A DNA stretch of 64,000 nucleotides from an uncultured Chlamydiae bacterium. Lineage in GTDB: Bacteria; Chlamydiota; Chlamydiia; Chlamydiales; JAJFMA01. The translations under genes and the position numbers were made by a program. Every line of letters begins with the position of its first letter. Positions within the stretch are counted from its first letter, which is position 1. The stretch lies in contig CAVQMM010000001.1 in NCBI GenBank assembly GCA_963713615.1, forward strand, positions 3,264,001 through 3,328,000. The letters are read 5' to 3'. Below, in pieces: positions 46,605 through 57,700 of this stretch. The notes beneath the pieces were generated by a model. It did no database searches. It was not told the origin of the DNA and worked only from the letters and a program-made list of their open reading frames with translations.

Positions 46605-49600
46605 ATGGCTATGCGCCTTAAGAGACTAAAAATTTATGGATTTAAGTCATTTGCTGACCACAGCAACATCGAATTCATCGATGGCATCACCGCTGTTGTT
46701 GGTCCCAATGGCTGTGGTAAATCCAATATTGCCGATGCGTTTCGATGGGTTTTGGGTGAGCAATCGGCCAAATCCTTGCGTGGGCGCAGCATGCCTGATG
46801 TTATCTTTGCCGGTACTACCACACGAAAGCCATTGAATTATGCCGAGGTTAGCCTCACGCTGACTGAGGTGAATGGTCAGCTACCAATAGACTACGACGA
46901 GGTGACGGTAACACGGCGTTTACACCGGAGCGGTGATTCGGAATATTTCATCAATGGGCATGTGGTGAGGTATCGCGAAATTCAGAGTCTCTTCATGGAC
47001 TCCGGGATAGGAAGAAGCGCTTTTTCCATCTTTGAACAAGGCAAAATTGACCAGGTCATCAACCTCTCTCCTTTGGAAAGGCGTTATCTTTTTGAAGAAG
47101 CTGCTGGCATCTTGCGCTTTTTGCAACGCAAACGTGAAGCTCTCAAGAAGCTGGAAGAAACTGAACAAAATATGGTGCGCCTTGAAGATGTTCAGCGTGA
47201 GGTAGTGCGGCAGGTCGAAGTTCTCGGCCGGCAAGCTGAACAGGCGCGATACTATAAAGTCAAAAAATGTGAGCTTGAAAGTCTCCAAACAGCCCTGCTA
47301 TGCGCTCGTTGGAAGGCATTGGATCTTTCCATGCGCCAACTTTCGGAAAAGGAACGCTCTAAAACAGAGAGCGCTACTGTCACTCAAGAGCTTTTGGCGG
47401 AGAAACAGAGAGAATCGCGACAGGTTAAAGAAGCCCTCACGTTGTTGGAGCACCGTTTTGGTTTGCAACGGGAAGAGATTGTCAAAGTACAGACTACCAT
47501 CGAACATAACGTTGAGAGTCGTCGTAAGAACCAGGAGCGTCTTGAAGAGGCTATTGCGTCTCAAGAACTGAAGCAGAAGGAACTGGTGGATTTGCTTGCC
47601 TCTCGGGCAAATCGCAAGCAAGAGATGGCAGACTATGAGGGACGGTTGGAGGAGTTGCGAGACCGTCTTGCTTCTGCTACAGAGGCTTTAGAGAGTCGTC
47701 GAAGGCAATATGCTGCCAATGAAGAGAAGATGGCAGCCCTTTGGCAACAGCAGCAGCAGGCGCAGCAAGAACAGCTCAAAAAAGTTCAGGCGGAAGGCAA
47801 GGTTGAGGGGGATCTCAACCAGTCCCTTGCCCTCTTAGATAGTTATAACCAACGTTTAGCACATGCTGAAGAAGAGAAAGCTGGCTTAAAAGGTAGGCTA
47901 GAGGGAATTGAAGATTTAGTTGCTCAGAGGGCCGACTCAAAAGAAGAAATCTCGGCACGCTTAGAGCAAACCAGTGAAAAGCTGGAATTGCTGACTGAAG
48001 GGTTGGATCATATTCAACAGCGTATTGTAGCCAAAGAACAAGAGTTATTGGGCATAAACCGAAAACTCACCGAGCTCCAAGCACGTCAGAAGATTCTGCA
48101 GCAATTGCGCGATGCTGGTGAAGGTCTAGGGAATGGTACAAAACGTCTTTTGCAGGAATCATTCAGAGTTGGTAGCGAGCTGCACGGAAAGCTTAAACCC
48201 CTCTATGAGCAGTTATGCCCCAGTTCCGGTTCCGAAGGCCTTGTCGCTGCCGCTCTATCGAATTACAGCGATACATTGACCGTTGACTCTCTTGCCGACC
48301 TCAATCGCGTTTTAGCCTTTGCCTTTAAGGAGGGTCTACAGGGATTTTCATTGCTATGCCATGAGCTTGCATCGTCCAGGGAATCTCCTGGGCCCACTCA
48401 TATTTGTCTTGCACAGTTGTGCGGAGGTCCTATTGGCGCCTTGCTACTAGGCAGTGTGATTGTTGCAGATGACCTTCAGCAAGCATTGGAGTTGGCGAGA
48501 TCGCATCCTGAGTTAACTATCTGCATGCAGGATGGTTTGATGATTGATGCTCAGCGAGTGATTTCGCGTACCGATGGTTCTTCCGGTAGTGTGTTTATTC
48601 GTGAGGCGGAATTACGAGCTTTTGAGATTCAAGAATCAGCACTCAATAAGTCCATAGGTGATGTTTCTCGTACGCGTGATGAACTGATTGAAAAACGCCT
48701 TATCATGGAACAGGAGCAGGCCGAGCAAAAGGCGCAGCTCCGTAGGGCTGAGGTAGACCTTATGGAGGTGACATACGCTTGGCGGCAGAGTGTAAGTGAT
48801 CGCGATAAGGCCACAGGGGAGCTGGAGCGTTTGGACCAAACAGCCACCTCACTAAATGTAACCATTAAACAATTAGTGGCTACTGTGGAACAGCTCCAGG
48901 CACACTTTACACAGGCGCGTGAAGGAGCGGCCGGTATCGAAGAGGCTCTTTCGCATATTGTTGACGAATTAGAACAGCTTAAAACGCGTTTGCGCGCCGA
49001 TAAGCAGCTTCTTCAAGCCGAAGAAACAGCTCATGAACGCCTCACGGATGAAGATCGTAGACTATCTCATACCTTAAGTCTCTTGGCCGTTAAAGATCAC
49101 GAATCTCAAATCCAGGAAAAGCGTTTTGAATCCGATATTAGGCTGGCTCGCGAGGTTCAGGAGCGCCTGCAGAACGAGGAACAGGATCATGGCTTTAATT
49201 TGGAATCTGTCCATACTCGCTTAGAACGTCTGCTTGATGCACATTCCCAAACGGAGCAAGAGGTAACGGGAAATAAACAGCGCCTTCAGGATTCGGAAGA
49301 GGACATACAGGCCGAAACAAGTCGACTGCGCCGTTGTGAAAAGGAAATTCATGAACTGGGCATTCAGAAGACTCACCAACAAACCTTGTTGGAAGCATTG
49401 AAAATCGAGCTTTCTGATAATCATCGTATTGATGTTGATCTTCAACGTGACAGTCTACCCCCTTTAGAGATGCCGCTCGAGCAGGCTGAAAAGACCGTAA
49501 GAGCTCTTAAAGAAGAGGTCGATAAGTCGGCCAACGTCAATATGACTTCTATCGAAGAGTTTGAGTCGCAGCAACAACGTGCCCAGAGTTTAGGGCAGCA

Positions 49601-50141
49601 GCTGGAGGATTTGACTTCTTCGCGGCAAGAGCTACAGCAGATCATTGGGGATTTAGATGACGAAAGCCGCCGTTTGTTCACTGCAACCTTTGCGACAATA
49701 CGCACAAAATTTCAGGAAATCTTTCAGATTCTCTTTCGCGGTGGAGAAGCCGATTTGTGTCTTACCGACGAGGGAGATGTCTTAGCAGCGGGCATTGAGA
49801 TTGTCGCGAAGCCTCCCGGTAAGCAGATGCGATCGATTCAGTTGATGTCTGGTGGCGAGAAATGCCTGACGGCATTAGCTCTTTTGTTTGCCCTTTTTGA
49901 AGTTAAGCCTGCGCCCTTTTGTCTTTTGGACGAAATCGATGCTCCGCTGGATGACAGCAACGTTGACCGCTTTTCAGCTATGCTTAAGCACTTTGTCGAC
50001 CGTTGTCAGTTTATTGTGATCACGCATAACAAGGCTACCATGGCTGTAGCCGATGTTCTTGTGGGCGTATCGATGCAGGAGAAAGGTGTCTCTAAGGTGC
50101 TTACCTTCGACTTCGCGAAGCATGCTGTCGGCGTCTCCTAG
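46605..50141 (+). CDS. smc: Chromosome segregation protein SMC
   Basis: GFKSF, GPNGCGKSN, long coiled coils with hinge, MSGGEK, LLDEIDAPLD and FIVITH motifs. Confidence 0.97.
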   Translation: MAMRLKRLKIYGFKSFADHSNIEFIDGITAVVGPNGCGKSNIADAFRWVLGEQSAKSLRGRSMPDVIFAGTTTRKPLNYAEVSLTLTEVNGQLPIDYDEVTVTRRLHRSGDSEYFINGHVVRYREIQSLFMDSGIGRSAFSIFEQGKIDQVINLSPLERRYLFEEAAGILRFLQRKREALKKLEETEQNMVRLEDVQREVVRQVEVLGRQAEQARYYKVKKCELESLQTALLCARWKALDLSMRQLSEKERSKTESATVTQELLAEKQRESRQVKEALTLLEHRFGLQREEIVKVQTTIEHNVESRRKNQERLEEAIASQELKQKELVDLLASRANRKQEMADYEGRLEELRDRLASATEALESRRRQYAANEEKMAALWQQQQQAQQEQLKKVQAEGKVEGDLNQSLALLDSYNQRLAHAEEEKAGLKGRLEGIEDLVAQRADSKEEISARLEQTSEKLELLTEGLDHIQQRIVAKEQELLGINRKLTELQARQKILQQLRDAGEGLGNGTKRLLQESFRVGSELHGKLKPLYEQLCPSSGSEGLVAAALSNYSDTLTVDSLADLNRVLAFAFKEGLQGFSLLCHELASSRESPGPTHICLAQLCGGPIGALLLGSVIVADDLQQALELARSHPELTICMQDGLMIDAQRVISRTDGSSGSVFIREAELRAFEIQESALNKSIGDVSRTRDELIEKRLIMEQEQAEQKAQLRRAEVDLMEVTYAWRQSVSDRDKATGELERLDQTATSLNVTIKQLVATVEQLQAHFTQAREGAAGIEEALSHIVDELEQLKTRLRADKQLLQAEETAHERLTDEDRRLSHTLSLLAVKDHESQIQEKRFESDIRLAREVQERLQNEEQDHGFNLESVHTRLERLLDAHSQTEQEVTGNKQRLQDSEEDIQAETSRLRRCEKEIHELGIQKTHQQTLLEALKIELSDNHRIDVDLQRDSLPPLEMPLEQAEKTVRALKEEVDKSANVNMTSIEEFESQQQRAQSLGQQLEDLTSSRQELQQIIGDLDDESRRLFTATFATIRTKFQEIFQILFRGGEADLCLTDEGDVLAAGIEIVAKPPGKQMRSIQLMSGGEKCLTALALLFALFEVKPAPFCLLDEIDAPLDDSNVDRFSAMLKHFVDRCQFIVITHNKATMAVADVLVGVSMQEKGVSKVLTFDFAKHAVGVS

Positions 50142-50153
50142 GTGATGATGAAG

Positions 50154-50336
50154 TTCGTGCCGTTTTTTAGGAGTAACACGAACCATAATTGCCATCCTAT
50201 CCTCCTAAATCCTCCTAGATCCGTGTGCATCCGTGTTACTCCTAAAAAGCGGCACGAATCGTTGCTACGGCCTAAATCCGTGTGCATCCGTGATAAGGTC
50301 ACACAAACGTGAGCTCTTCTTTGCGTCTTTGCGTTA
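50154..50336. repeat. 27-bp inverted repeat (50154-50180/50232-50258), ATCCGTGTGCATCCGTG repeats and a CTTTGCG.CTTTGCGTTA arm
   Basis: Read directly; the last arm matches 59879-59906. Confidence 0.85.
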
Positions 50337-50380
50337 AAAAGAGGTATACTGTGTCTTTGCCTAAAACTAGGAGTCTTTCA

Positions 50381-51505
50381 ATGCGTATTGGTGTTATCAA
50401 AGAGGTCAAAATTCAGGAAAACCGCGTAGCGGCAACTCCTGATCTGGTTCGTACACTAGTGGCTGACGGTCACGATATCTGGGTTCAGACGAAGGCTGGA
50501 CATCTCATAGGGTACCCTGATGAGACCTATCAAGCTGCGGGCGCCAAGATCGTAGATACCGCAGCTGAGGCATACAGTTGCGAATTAGTCATCAAAGTCA
50601 AAGAACCTCAACCTAGCGAATTTCAGTATTTACGGGAAAATCAGATACTCTTTTGCTTCCTGCATCTAGCGGCAGAAAACGAGCTTGCCAAGGAACTCAT
50701 TGCTCGTAAATGCATTGGTATTGCTGGAGATACTGTAACTGACCAAGAGGGGCGATTGCCTATTTTGACGCCAATGAGCGAGATTGCTGGACGTGTAGCT
50801 ATTCAGGTAGGTGCCACAGCTTTGCAAATGAATAATGGTGGTCGTGGCATCTTGTTGGGTGGTGTGCCAGGTACTCCGAGGGCTAAGGTAGTCATCATTG
50901 GTGGCGGTGCCTGCGGCACCGAAGCGGCGCGTATGGCCATTGGGCTTGGTGCTGCGGTCACCTTAATAGACAGAAATCTGGTGCGGCTGCGTCAGCTTGA
51001 TGTTCTCTTCCACAATTCCTTGACAACCCGTCATTCTAGCTTACAAACGATTAGCGAAGCACTTAATGGTGCTGATCTTGTTGTGGGAGCCGTGCTCCTG
51101 CCAGGTAAAAAGACGCCCAAACTTGTCACTCGCGCGATGATTTCGAAAATGCCTCAAGGTTCGGTTATTGTAGACGTCTCTATCGACCAAGGTGGCTGTT
51201 TCGAGACGTCTCGTCCCACCACTCACGATCACCCCACCTATGTCGTAGATGGCGTTATCCATTATTGCGTGACAAATATACCCGGCACCTGCCCGCTAAC
51301 AGCCACGCAGGCCTACACCAATGCTACAGGTGAATATGTCCGTGCATTGGCCAGTAAAGGTTATCATGCTGCCTTGATGGAGGATCCTGGTTTGCGCATG
51401 GGCCTAAATGTGTGTGCCGGCAAGGTCACTAATCGCTCGGTCGCCGAAGATCTCGGCTACGATTACACCCCACCTGAAGAACTGCTATTAGAATGTCGTC
51501 GGTAA
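50381..51505 (+). CDS. ald: Alanine dehydrogenase
   Basis: KEVKIQENRVA, KVKEP, PMSEIAGR, GILLGGVPG, IDQGGCFETS and HYCVTNIPG motifs. Confidence 0.96.
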   Translation: MRIGVIKEVKIQENRVAATPDLVRTLVADGHDIWVQTKAGHLIGYPDETYQAAGAKIVDTAAEAYSCELVIKVKEPQPSEFQYLRENQILFCFLHLAAENELAKELIARKCIGIAGDTVTDQEGRLPILTPMSEIAGRVAIQVGATALQMNNGGRGILLGGVPGTPRAKVVIIGGGACGTEAARMAIGLGAAVTLIDRNLVRLRQLDVLFHNSLTTRHSSLQTISEALNGADLVVGAVLLPGKKTPKLVTRAMISKMPQGSVIVDVSIDQGGCFETSRPTTHDHPTYVVDGVIHYCVTNIPGTCPLTATQAYTNATGEYVRALASKGYHAALMEDPGLRMGLNVCAGKVTNRSVAEDLGYDYTPPEELLLECRR

Positions 51506-54282
51506 GTATAATGGAAGGTCAGTCTCGCTATCTCGTCGGCATCGATCTGGGTACCACTAACAGTGCGCTATCTTATGTAGACACTCATGAGGATGTTCCT
51601 ACAGTACGGTTATTGGCGATACCACAGCTGACCGACCGCGGATTTGTTGAGGCTAGAAGCGCTCTGCCTTCCTTTTGTTACCTGACGATAGCGAGAGAGT
51701 GGCCACCGGAAGACAATAGGCTGCCGTGGGCTCATTCTACAGATCATGTGGTCGGTGAGCTGGCTAAAGAACAGGGGGCCTTAGTGCCGACTAGGCTAGT
51801 GGCTTCAGCCAAGAGCTGGTTATGCAATGCCGCAGCTGACCGCAAAGAGCGTATCCTACCACCTTCTGCGGAGGAATTTTTACGCATCAGTCCTGTTGAG
51901 GCTACACGGCGTTATTTGTCGCATCTTCGTGATGCGTGGAACTATGCTATGGCAAAAGGTGACCCTCTGGCCGACCTGGAGCAGCAAGAGATCGTCCTGA
52001 CCGTTCCTGCATCTTTCGACGAGGTTGCGCGTTCTTTGACAGCTCTAGCAGCTCAGCAGGCGGGTTTTACACGCGTCACCTTGCTCGAGGAGCCACAGGC
52101 AGCTTTTTATGAGTGGATTCGTGTTCACGAGAAAACCTGGAGTGCTGAGCTTACCGACGGTCAACTCATCCTTGTGTGTGATGTAGGTGGTGGCACAACA
52201 GATTTTAGTCTCATTGAGGTGACAACCCGCGACGGTATGTTAGGGTTTCAGCGACTGGCTGTGGGCGACCACCTACTGCTAGGTGGTGATAATATGGATG
52301 CTTATATTGCCCATTTCATCGCTAGTAGGCTAAAGGTTCTTGGCACTGAAGAGCTTACCCCTCTGCAGTGGCAACAGCTGCGGCATGAAGCGCGAAAGGC
52401 CAAGGAGGCGTTACTGTCCGATCAAAATCCTTTGGCGTCCTATATAGTACGTTTGCAGGCTGCCGGATCTCGCGTCGTTGCTGGAAGTGCCTCGCTAGAG
52501 CTTCATGCTGATGAAGTCAGATCTTTGCTGGTAGAAGGGTTCTTTGGCGCCTATGAGCGCCAGGATGCCATTTCTCTGCGTCAGCGCTCAGGTATGCGCT
52601 CGATGGGATTGCCCTATGAAGATGAGCCTTCCGTCACCAAGCATCTTGCTCATTTTCTTTTCTGTCAGGGCAGTGGTGCAGAAGGACGAGCGCCGGGCTA
52701 TGTCCTGTTTAATGGCGGAAGCATGAAGCCCCAAGTATTTCAAGGGGCTATTGTAGAGTCCATTGCCCGGTGGTATGGGGCCGCAGCTCCTAAAGTACTC
52801 AAAAATGCTAGCCTGGATCTCAGTGTCTCCAAAGGCGCCGCCTATTATGGCAGATCACGTCGCGGGCAGGGTGTGAGGATTGGTGGGGGCATTCCGCGCA
52901 GTTACTATCTTAAGGTAGAAGTGCAAGGATCATCAACGCCAAAGGCCTTAACGCTCCTTCCTAGAGGTAGCGAAGAAGGTGCTTCTTTTGAGCCTACGCA
53001 AGTATTTTCTCTTCTGCCAAATGTACCGGTATCCTTTCAGCTGCTCACTTCGCATGTTCGTCTGCACGATCATCAAGGCGAACTCATCGACATTATTGAA
53101 GAAGAGATGCAACCTTTACCGCCTTTGAACACGGTTATTCGCTTTGGTAAAGGTGCCGTGGATGCCGAGCGTCTTCCCGTGCGATTAGGGCTCTCCCTTA
53201 CCCCAGTAGGAACTCTGGCGATCTGGTTGAGCAGCACCAAGACGGCTCATCGTTGGAATCTGGATTTTCAGGTGCGCCACGCCAGTGGGCAAGAGGATAG
53301 TCTCTCAATATTAGCGAAGGCTAGACAGGATGAGTCGCACGATATCGCTTATGTCAAAGAGACCCAAAATATCGTTGAGTCCGTATTCGACGGTGTGAGC
53401 GCTGTGTTGCCAGATAAGATGATGGATGTTTTGGAGCAGACCCTGCAGCGCTCCCGCAAAGAATGGCCCCCCAGTGTTTTAAGAGCTCTTGCTGACACCC
53501 TTTTGGACCTAGCACCTAAACGAAAACGCTCCTTGACCTTGGAGCAACGTTGGTGGAATTTGTTAGGCTTTTGCCTTAGACCAGGGCTAGGCTATCCTCT
53601 CGATGACTTTCGCATCGAACGAGTCTGGAAGCTATTGCTAGCCGAGCCTAAAAATGGGGGTGATGCAGACGTCGAGATTCAGCGTCTGATCTGCCTGCGA
53701 CGTCTTGCTGGTGGATTGAGCAAGGGACAACAGATGCAGTTGGCTGGAGCCTTGATGCTTGTGTTGTTCGACAAACCTAAAGTTATTCGTGGAGCTGATC
53801 GCAACCGTTATGTCGAACAAATCCGCGTTTTGGCCGCTATGGAAAAAATCGAAAACAAGAGCAAGCAACGTTTGGCGGAACTTCTATTGGACCGCATAAC
53901 TTCAGCACAAGCCGTTGATGCCGATTACTGGGCTTTAGGCCGCCTTGGAGCGCGCCAGTTGCTGTTCGGGACCATCGCTAATGTAATTCCGGCTGAGCTT
54001 TGTAAGCGTTGGTTAGAGCGGCTCTTGGCTCTCCCAAATGTAAATCTTGAGTGGTTGGCCTTTCCCATGGCGCAGATGGCAAGACGGACAAATCATCCGG
54101 AGCTTAATGTTCCTGAAAGCGTGGCCAGTCTTGTGAGCGAAAAATTCGCCGGATCTTCCGCAGCCACGCGCTTTCATAATCTTATGACTAAGACCTTCGA
54201 CGACAGGGCTCAGCAGGAAGCTGCTTTTGGAGAAAGCTTGCCTTCTGGACTCTTTCTGGAAATTCAAAGTAACAGTGATTAA
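51493..54282 (+). CDS. Hsp70-family protein with C-terminal DUF3731-like domain
   Basis: GIDLGTTNS, LTVPASFD, EEPQAA, DVGGGTTDFS, LLGGDNMD; C-terminal WWNLLGFCLRPG.GYPLDDFR and WALGRLGAR motifs. Confidence 0.9.
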   Translation: MSSVSIMEGQSRYLVGIDLGTTNSALSYVDTHEDVPTVRLLAIPQLTDRGFVEARSALPSFCYLTIAREWPPEDNRLPWAHSTDHVVGELAKEQGALVPTRLVASAKSWLCNAAADRKERILPPSAEEFLRISPVEATRRYLSHLRDAWNYAMAKGDPLADLEQQEIVLTVPASFDEVARSLTALAAQQAGFTRVTLLEEPQAAFYEWIRVHEKTWSAELTDGQLILVCDVGGGTTDFSLIEVTTRDGMLGFQRLAVGDHLLLGGDNMDAYIAHFIASRLKVLGTEELTPLQWQQLRHEARKAKEALLSDQNPLASYIVRLQAAGSRVVAGSASLELHADEVRSLLVEGFFGAYERQDAISLRQRSGMRSMGLPYEDEPSVTKHLAHFLFCQGSGAEGRAPGYVLFNGGSMKPQVFQGAIVESIARWYGAAAPKVLKNASLDLSVSKGAAYYGRSRRGQGVRIGGGIPRSYYLKVEVQGSSTPKALTLLPRGSEEGASFEPTQVFSLLPNVPVSFQLLTSHVRLHDHQGELIDIIEEEMQPLPPLNTVIRFGKGAVDAERLPVRLGLSLTPVGTLAIWLSSTKTAHRWNLDFQVRHASGQEDSLSILAKARQDESHDIAYVKETQNIVESVFDGVSAVLPDKMMDVLEQTLQRSRKEWPPSVLRALADTLLDLAPKRKRSLTLEQRWWNLLGFCLRPGLGYPLDDFRIERVWKLLLAEPKNGGDADVEIQRLICLRRLAGGLSKGQQMQLAGALMLVLFDKPKVIRGADRNRYVEQIRVLAAMEKIENKSKQRLAELLLDRITSAQAVDADYWALGRLGARQLLFGTIANVIPAELCKRWLERLLALPNVNLEWLAFPMAQMARRTNHPELNVPESVASLVSEKFAGSSAATRFHNLMTKTFDDRAQQEAAFGESLPSGLFLEIQSNSD

Positions 54283-54339
54283 TTTGGCTATACATGATAT
54301 TAACATCAAATGTTAAGCGCGCGCCGAGATACGATTGTG

Positions 54340-54499
54340 GGCCTTATTCACCTTTGCGGTCAGTTTTCGGTCGACTGCAAAAGGATCGTCTGTCGCGTTT
54401 TGCTCCTCGGACATAGCTGGCGCTATGCCCTCGTCACAAACCACGACATCCGACCTTTTTCGTCCGACCGAAATTCTGACCGTAAAGGTGAACAAGGCC
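54340..54499. mobile_element. MITE-A, 160 bp, with perfect 8-bp target duplication CGATTGTG
   Basis: TSD at 54332-54339 and 54500-54507; near-identical to 40962-41121. Confidence 0.95.
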
Positions 54500-54720
54500 C
54501 GATTGTGAGTCAAGAAAAAGATGTGTGCAACATCATGCATTCCATGACTGCACTTCTGCAATTACCCCTCCTTTTTTCATCGTCCTATTGCAAAAAAAGT
54601 AGATGACAGTTAATTTCATATTTGATAGTATGTAATTTATTTCATAATTAAATATATGTTAAGTTTGATGGAGTATGTCATCCTTTGATATAATAAATCG
54701 GGTCAAATACTTCGGAGTCT

Positions 54721-57700
54721 ATGACTAGGCTGCCTAGATTGTTAAAATCCTATCTTCAAGCCGGCAAGCGCCTTATTAAGGCGGGAGCCGTCAGGGATGT
54801 CGAATTTTCTGGTTCGACGTACCAGGTTTTGGTCCAAAGCGCTAAGGACGAAGAGGGGGTATGGGCTTTTCTACAGCTTGATGAAGCGGGGACCATTCGT
54901 GATTGTTTTTGCGGATGTGACCAGAGCGATGAAGAGGGTGGTTGTAGTCATTTGGCTGCAGCCTATCTAAAGATTTTTAATGATCATGAAACTCCATTGC
55001 ACATACGATTTGAGCATTCCCTTTGGCACAAGCTATGTAGTCATTATGCCGAAAAGGTCGGCTACGATGCCGATTTGTTAAAAACTGACGCGGGAAGTGA
55101 ATATCAATTCCATTCCGTCTCTGGAAAGCGGCTCTTTTCCGTTAAAGGTCTGGGCGAGGAAGGGAAACAGCAGCTCTATCACCTCATGGAAGTGCGGGTA
55201 CAGGAGACTGAGGAAACTTCTTTAAAATTTTCCAACCTACCGCAAAATGAAATTCAGCTTTGGCGTGAAGGGCGTCCTAGTTTGCGTCTATTATACCATC
55301 TCTCGTTCTGGAACGATTTGGCAAAATGGATGATGGTGATGCAGGATCAGGATCCGGCCTATCAAATCACCTTTGGCTATTCTTCTAAAGGGATACCCAA
55401 TGCCCTTTATGTGACTTTTTCGGTTCTGAAGGCGGAGTTTTATGTTCCGGAAGCTCTGCTTCCGTCAATTATTTCATCTTTGGCAGATGCGCGGTCTACA
55501 ATACCCGTTCGTGACTTTGCCAAAGAGGCCATTTCAAAAATCACTTATGATGAAGAGCAAGGATGCTTGAAGATTCATCGTTCAGGGACCCGAGGCGATA
55601 AGCCCGACCTTCCCGCCCTGGATGGTGTCGTATGGCGTTTTGGAGAATGGCGTTATACCAGTGCAGTAGGTTTTTTTCATACTGAGGAAGGTAGCCTTTT
55701 AGCTAATCAGACCGTACGCGGTGCAGAAATCTCAGAGGTTTTGCGCGATCATTATCTGTTTATTAAAGGCGAGCTTGAGGGGGTAGCCATTCACGAGGAG
55801 CCGGTAGATGTTTCCTACCACCTTTCCTTCGATGCTCAATGGAACCTACATGTGAATTGCTATTTGTTCGAGCCACGAGATCTGCAAAGGCCCTTGTCGC
55901 GAGCTTTCAGAGAGTGGGCTTATTTGGAAGGTCTCGGTTTTTATCGCTTGCGGAATATGCGCAGCGAGCAGATTGAGGAAGTCATTCCTAGCAAAGAGGT
56001 GTCGGATTTTGTCACTCAAAACCGCGTTTGGCTTAGTTCACAAGATGGCTTTAGCCCCCATCTAGCCAACGTCGAGGCAGAGCTGACCTATCAGATTGAC
56101 AGCGATAAAAATTTGAGCTTTTCCAGCTACACATCACCAGATGAGAGTAGTGAGGGGCAGAAGGATTTTGGGCGCTGGGTGTACATTGCCGGCCAAGGTT
56201 TCTTCTCTAAGGTAGGCTCTAATATCGGCTTACCTGTTCGGCCAGGGGTGGCTGTACATGCCGAGGCGATCAGTGTCTTTATTCACATGAACCGTGAGGA
56301 GTTACAGCTGGTTCCTGGCTTCTTTAGCCGTATTTGCCCTGTCATTCGATCGGAGTTGAGTATCGAACTTGATGATAACAACGACATTCGTGTGACGCCC
56401 AAATATGAATTGCTTCCTCAGTACCGCCAGCGGGCCTTAAATTTCTTTGGTGATTTTGTCTATACCCCCAATGAGGGCTTTTATAGTCTACCTGAGGAGA
56501 GTCGTCTTCCCGAGGCCTACCGTCAACCTGTTCAGGTGGCTCCTGAGAATATGGCCCTGTTTCTCAACTATGACTTGGAGGCTCTTAAGCCTTATATTTT
56601 TTATCTGGATCCCTGCTTAACACGCCCTTCGGTAATGACACTGACCGTAGATGATATTGAAGAAGGTAAGCAGGGTAAGGGGTGGTATGACTTGCAGCTG
56701 TCCTATGTTACCGAACGAGGGTCTATTCCTGTCTCCCAGTTATGGCAGGCAATCGCCGAAAAGGAACGCTTTGTCTTTTCGGCGGCGGGCTTGATTGATT
56801 TGCAGGACGCGCGGTTTGCATGGGTACATAGCTTGAGAAAGGCTCGTTTCGACTTAGCTCGGAATGGAGTAACCTTGTCAACCATGGAGCTAATTCGTCT
56901 TAATGTATTCGACGAAATACACCCTCCTACGGCTGAGGATGCTAAATCTGAGACTGCTGCTGAAATCCTCCGGGGATTGACGACTTTTGAAGATCCTAGT
57001 CCCCCGAACCTTGAAGGGCTGCGCAGCAACTTACGCCCCTACCAGCTAAAAGGGATTCAGTGGCTCTGGTTTCTCTATCACCATGGCCTTTCGGGGTTGC
57101 TGTGTGATGACATGGGGTTAGGAAAGACTCACCAATCCATGGCGTTAATGGTTTCCATATTAAATGACTTCAAGGAACGTGGTGTTTCGCGGCTGCCGAA
57201 AATTTTGATTGTGTGCCCAACGTCGGTCATCTATCACTGGCAGGAAAAACTACAGGAGTATCTTGAGGGATTTCGCATTGTGACTTTCTATGGCCTAGAA
57301 CGTAGCCTGGATGACTTTGATGAATCCTGTCACGTTCTGCTTACTTCTTACGGTGTTTGTCGGCGAGAGGTAAAACGGCTTAAGGAAATGAAGTTTGATT
57401 TGGCCGTGCTAGATGAAGTGCAGGCCGCTAAGAGTCAGGCTAGTCGTCTCCATCATGCCCTTTTGCAGATTCAGGCATCTATGCGCGTGGGTTTGACGGG
57501 TACACCGATTGAGAATCACCTCATGGAACTGAAAGCGCTATTCGATGTTGTCTTACCCACTTATATGCCTTCTGAGCATGACTACAGAGAGTTTTTTATT
57601 AAGCCAATCGAAAAGGAGCAAAATCTTCAACGTCGACAGCTCTTATCTCGGCTGATTAAACCCTTTGTGCTGCGACGAAAGAAGGGAGATGTTCTTACCG

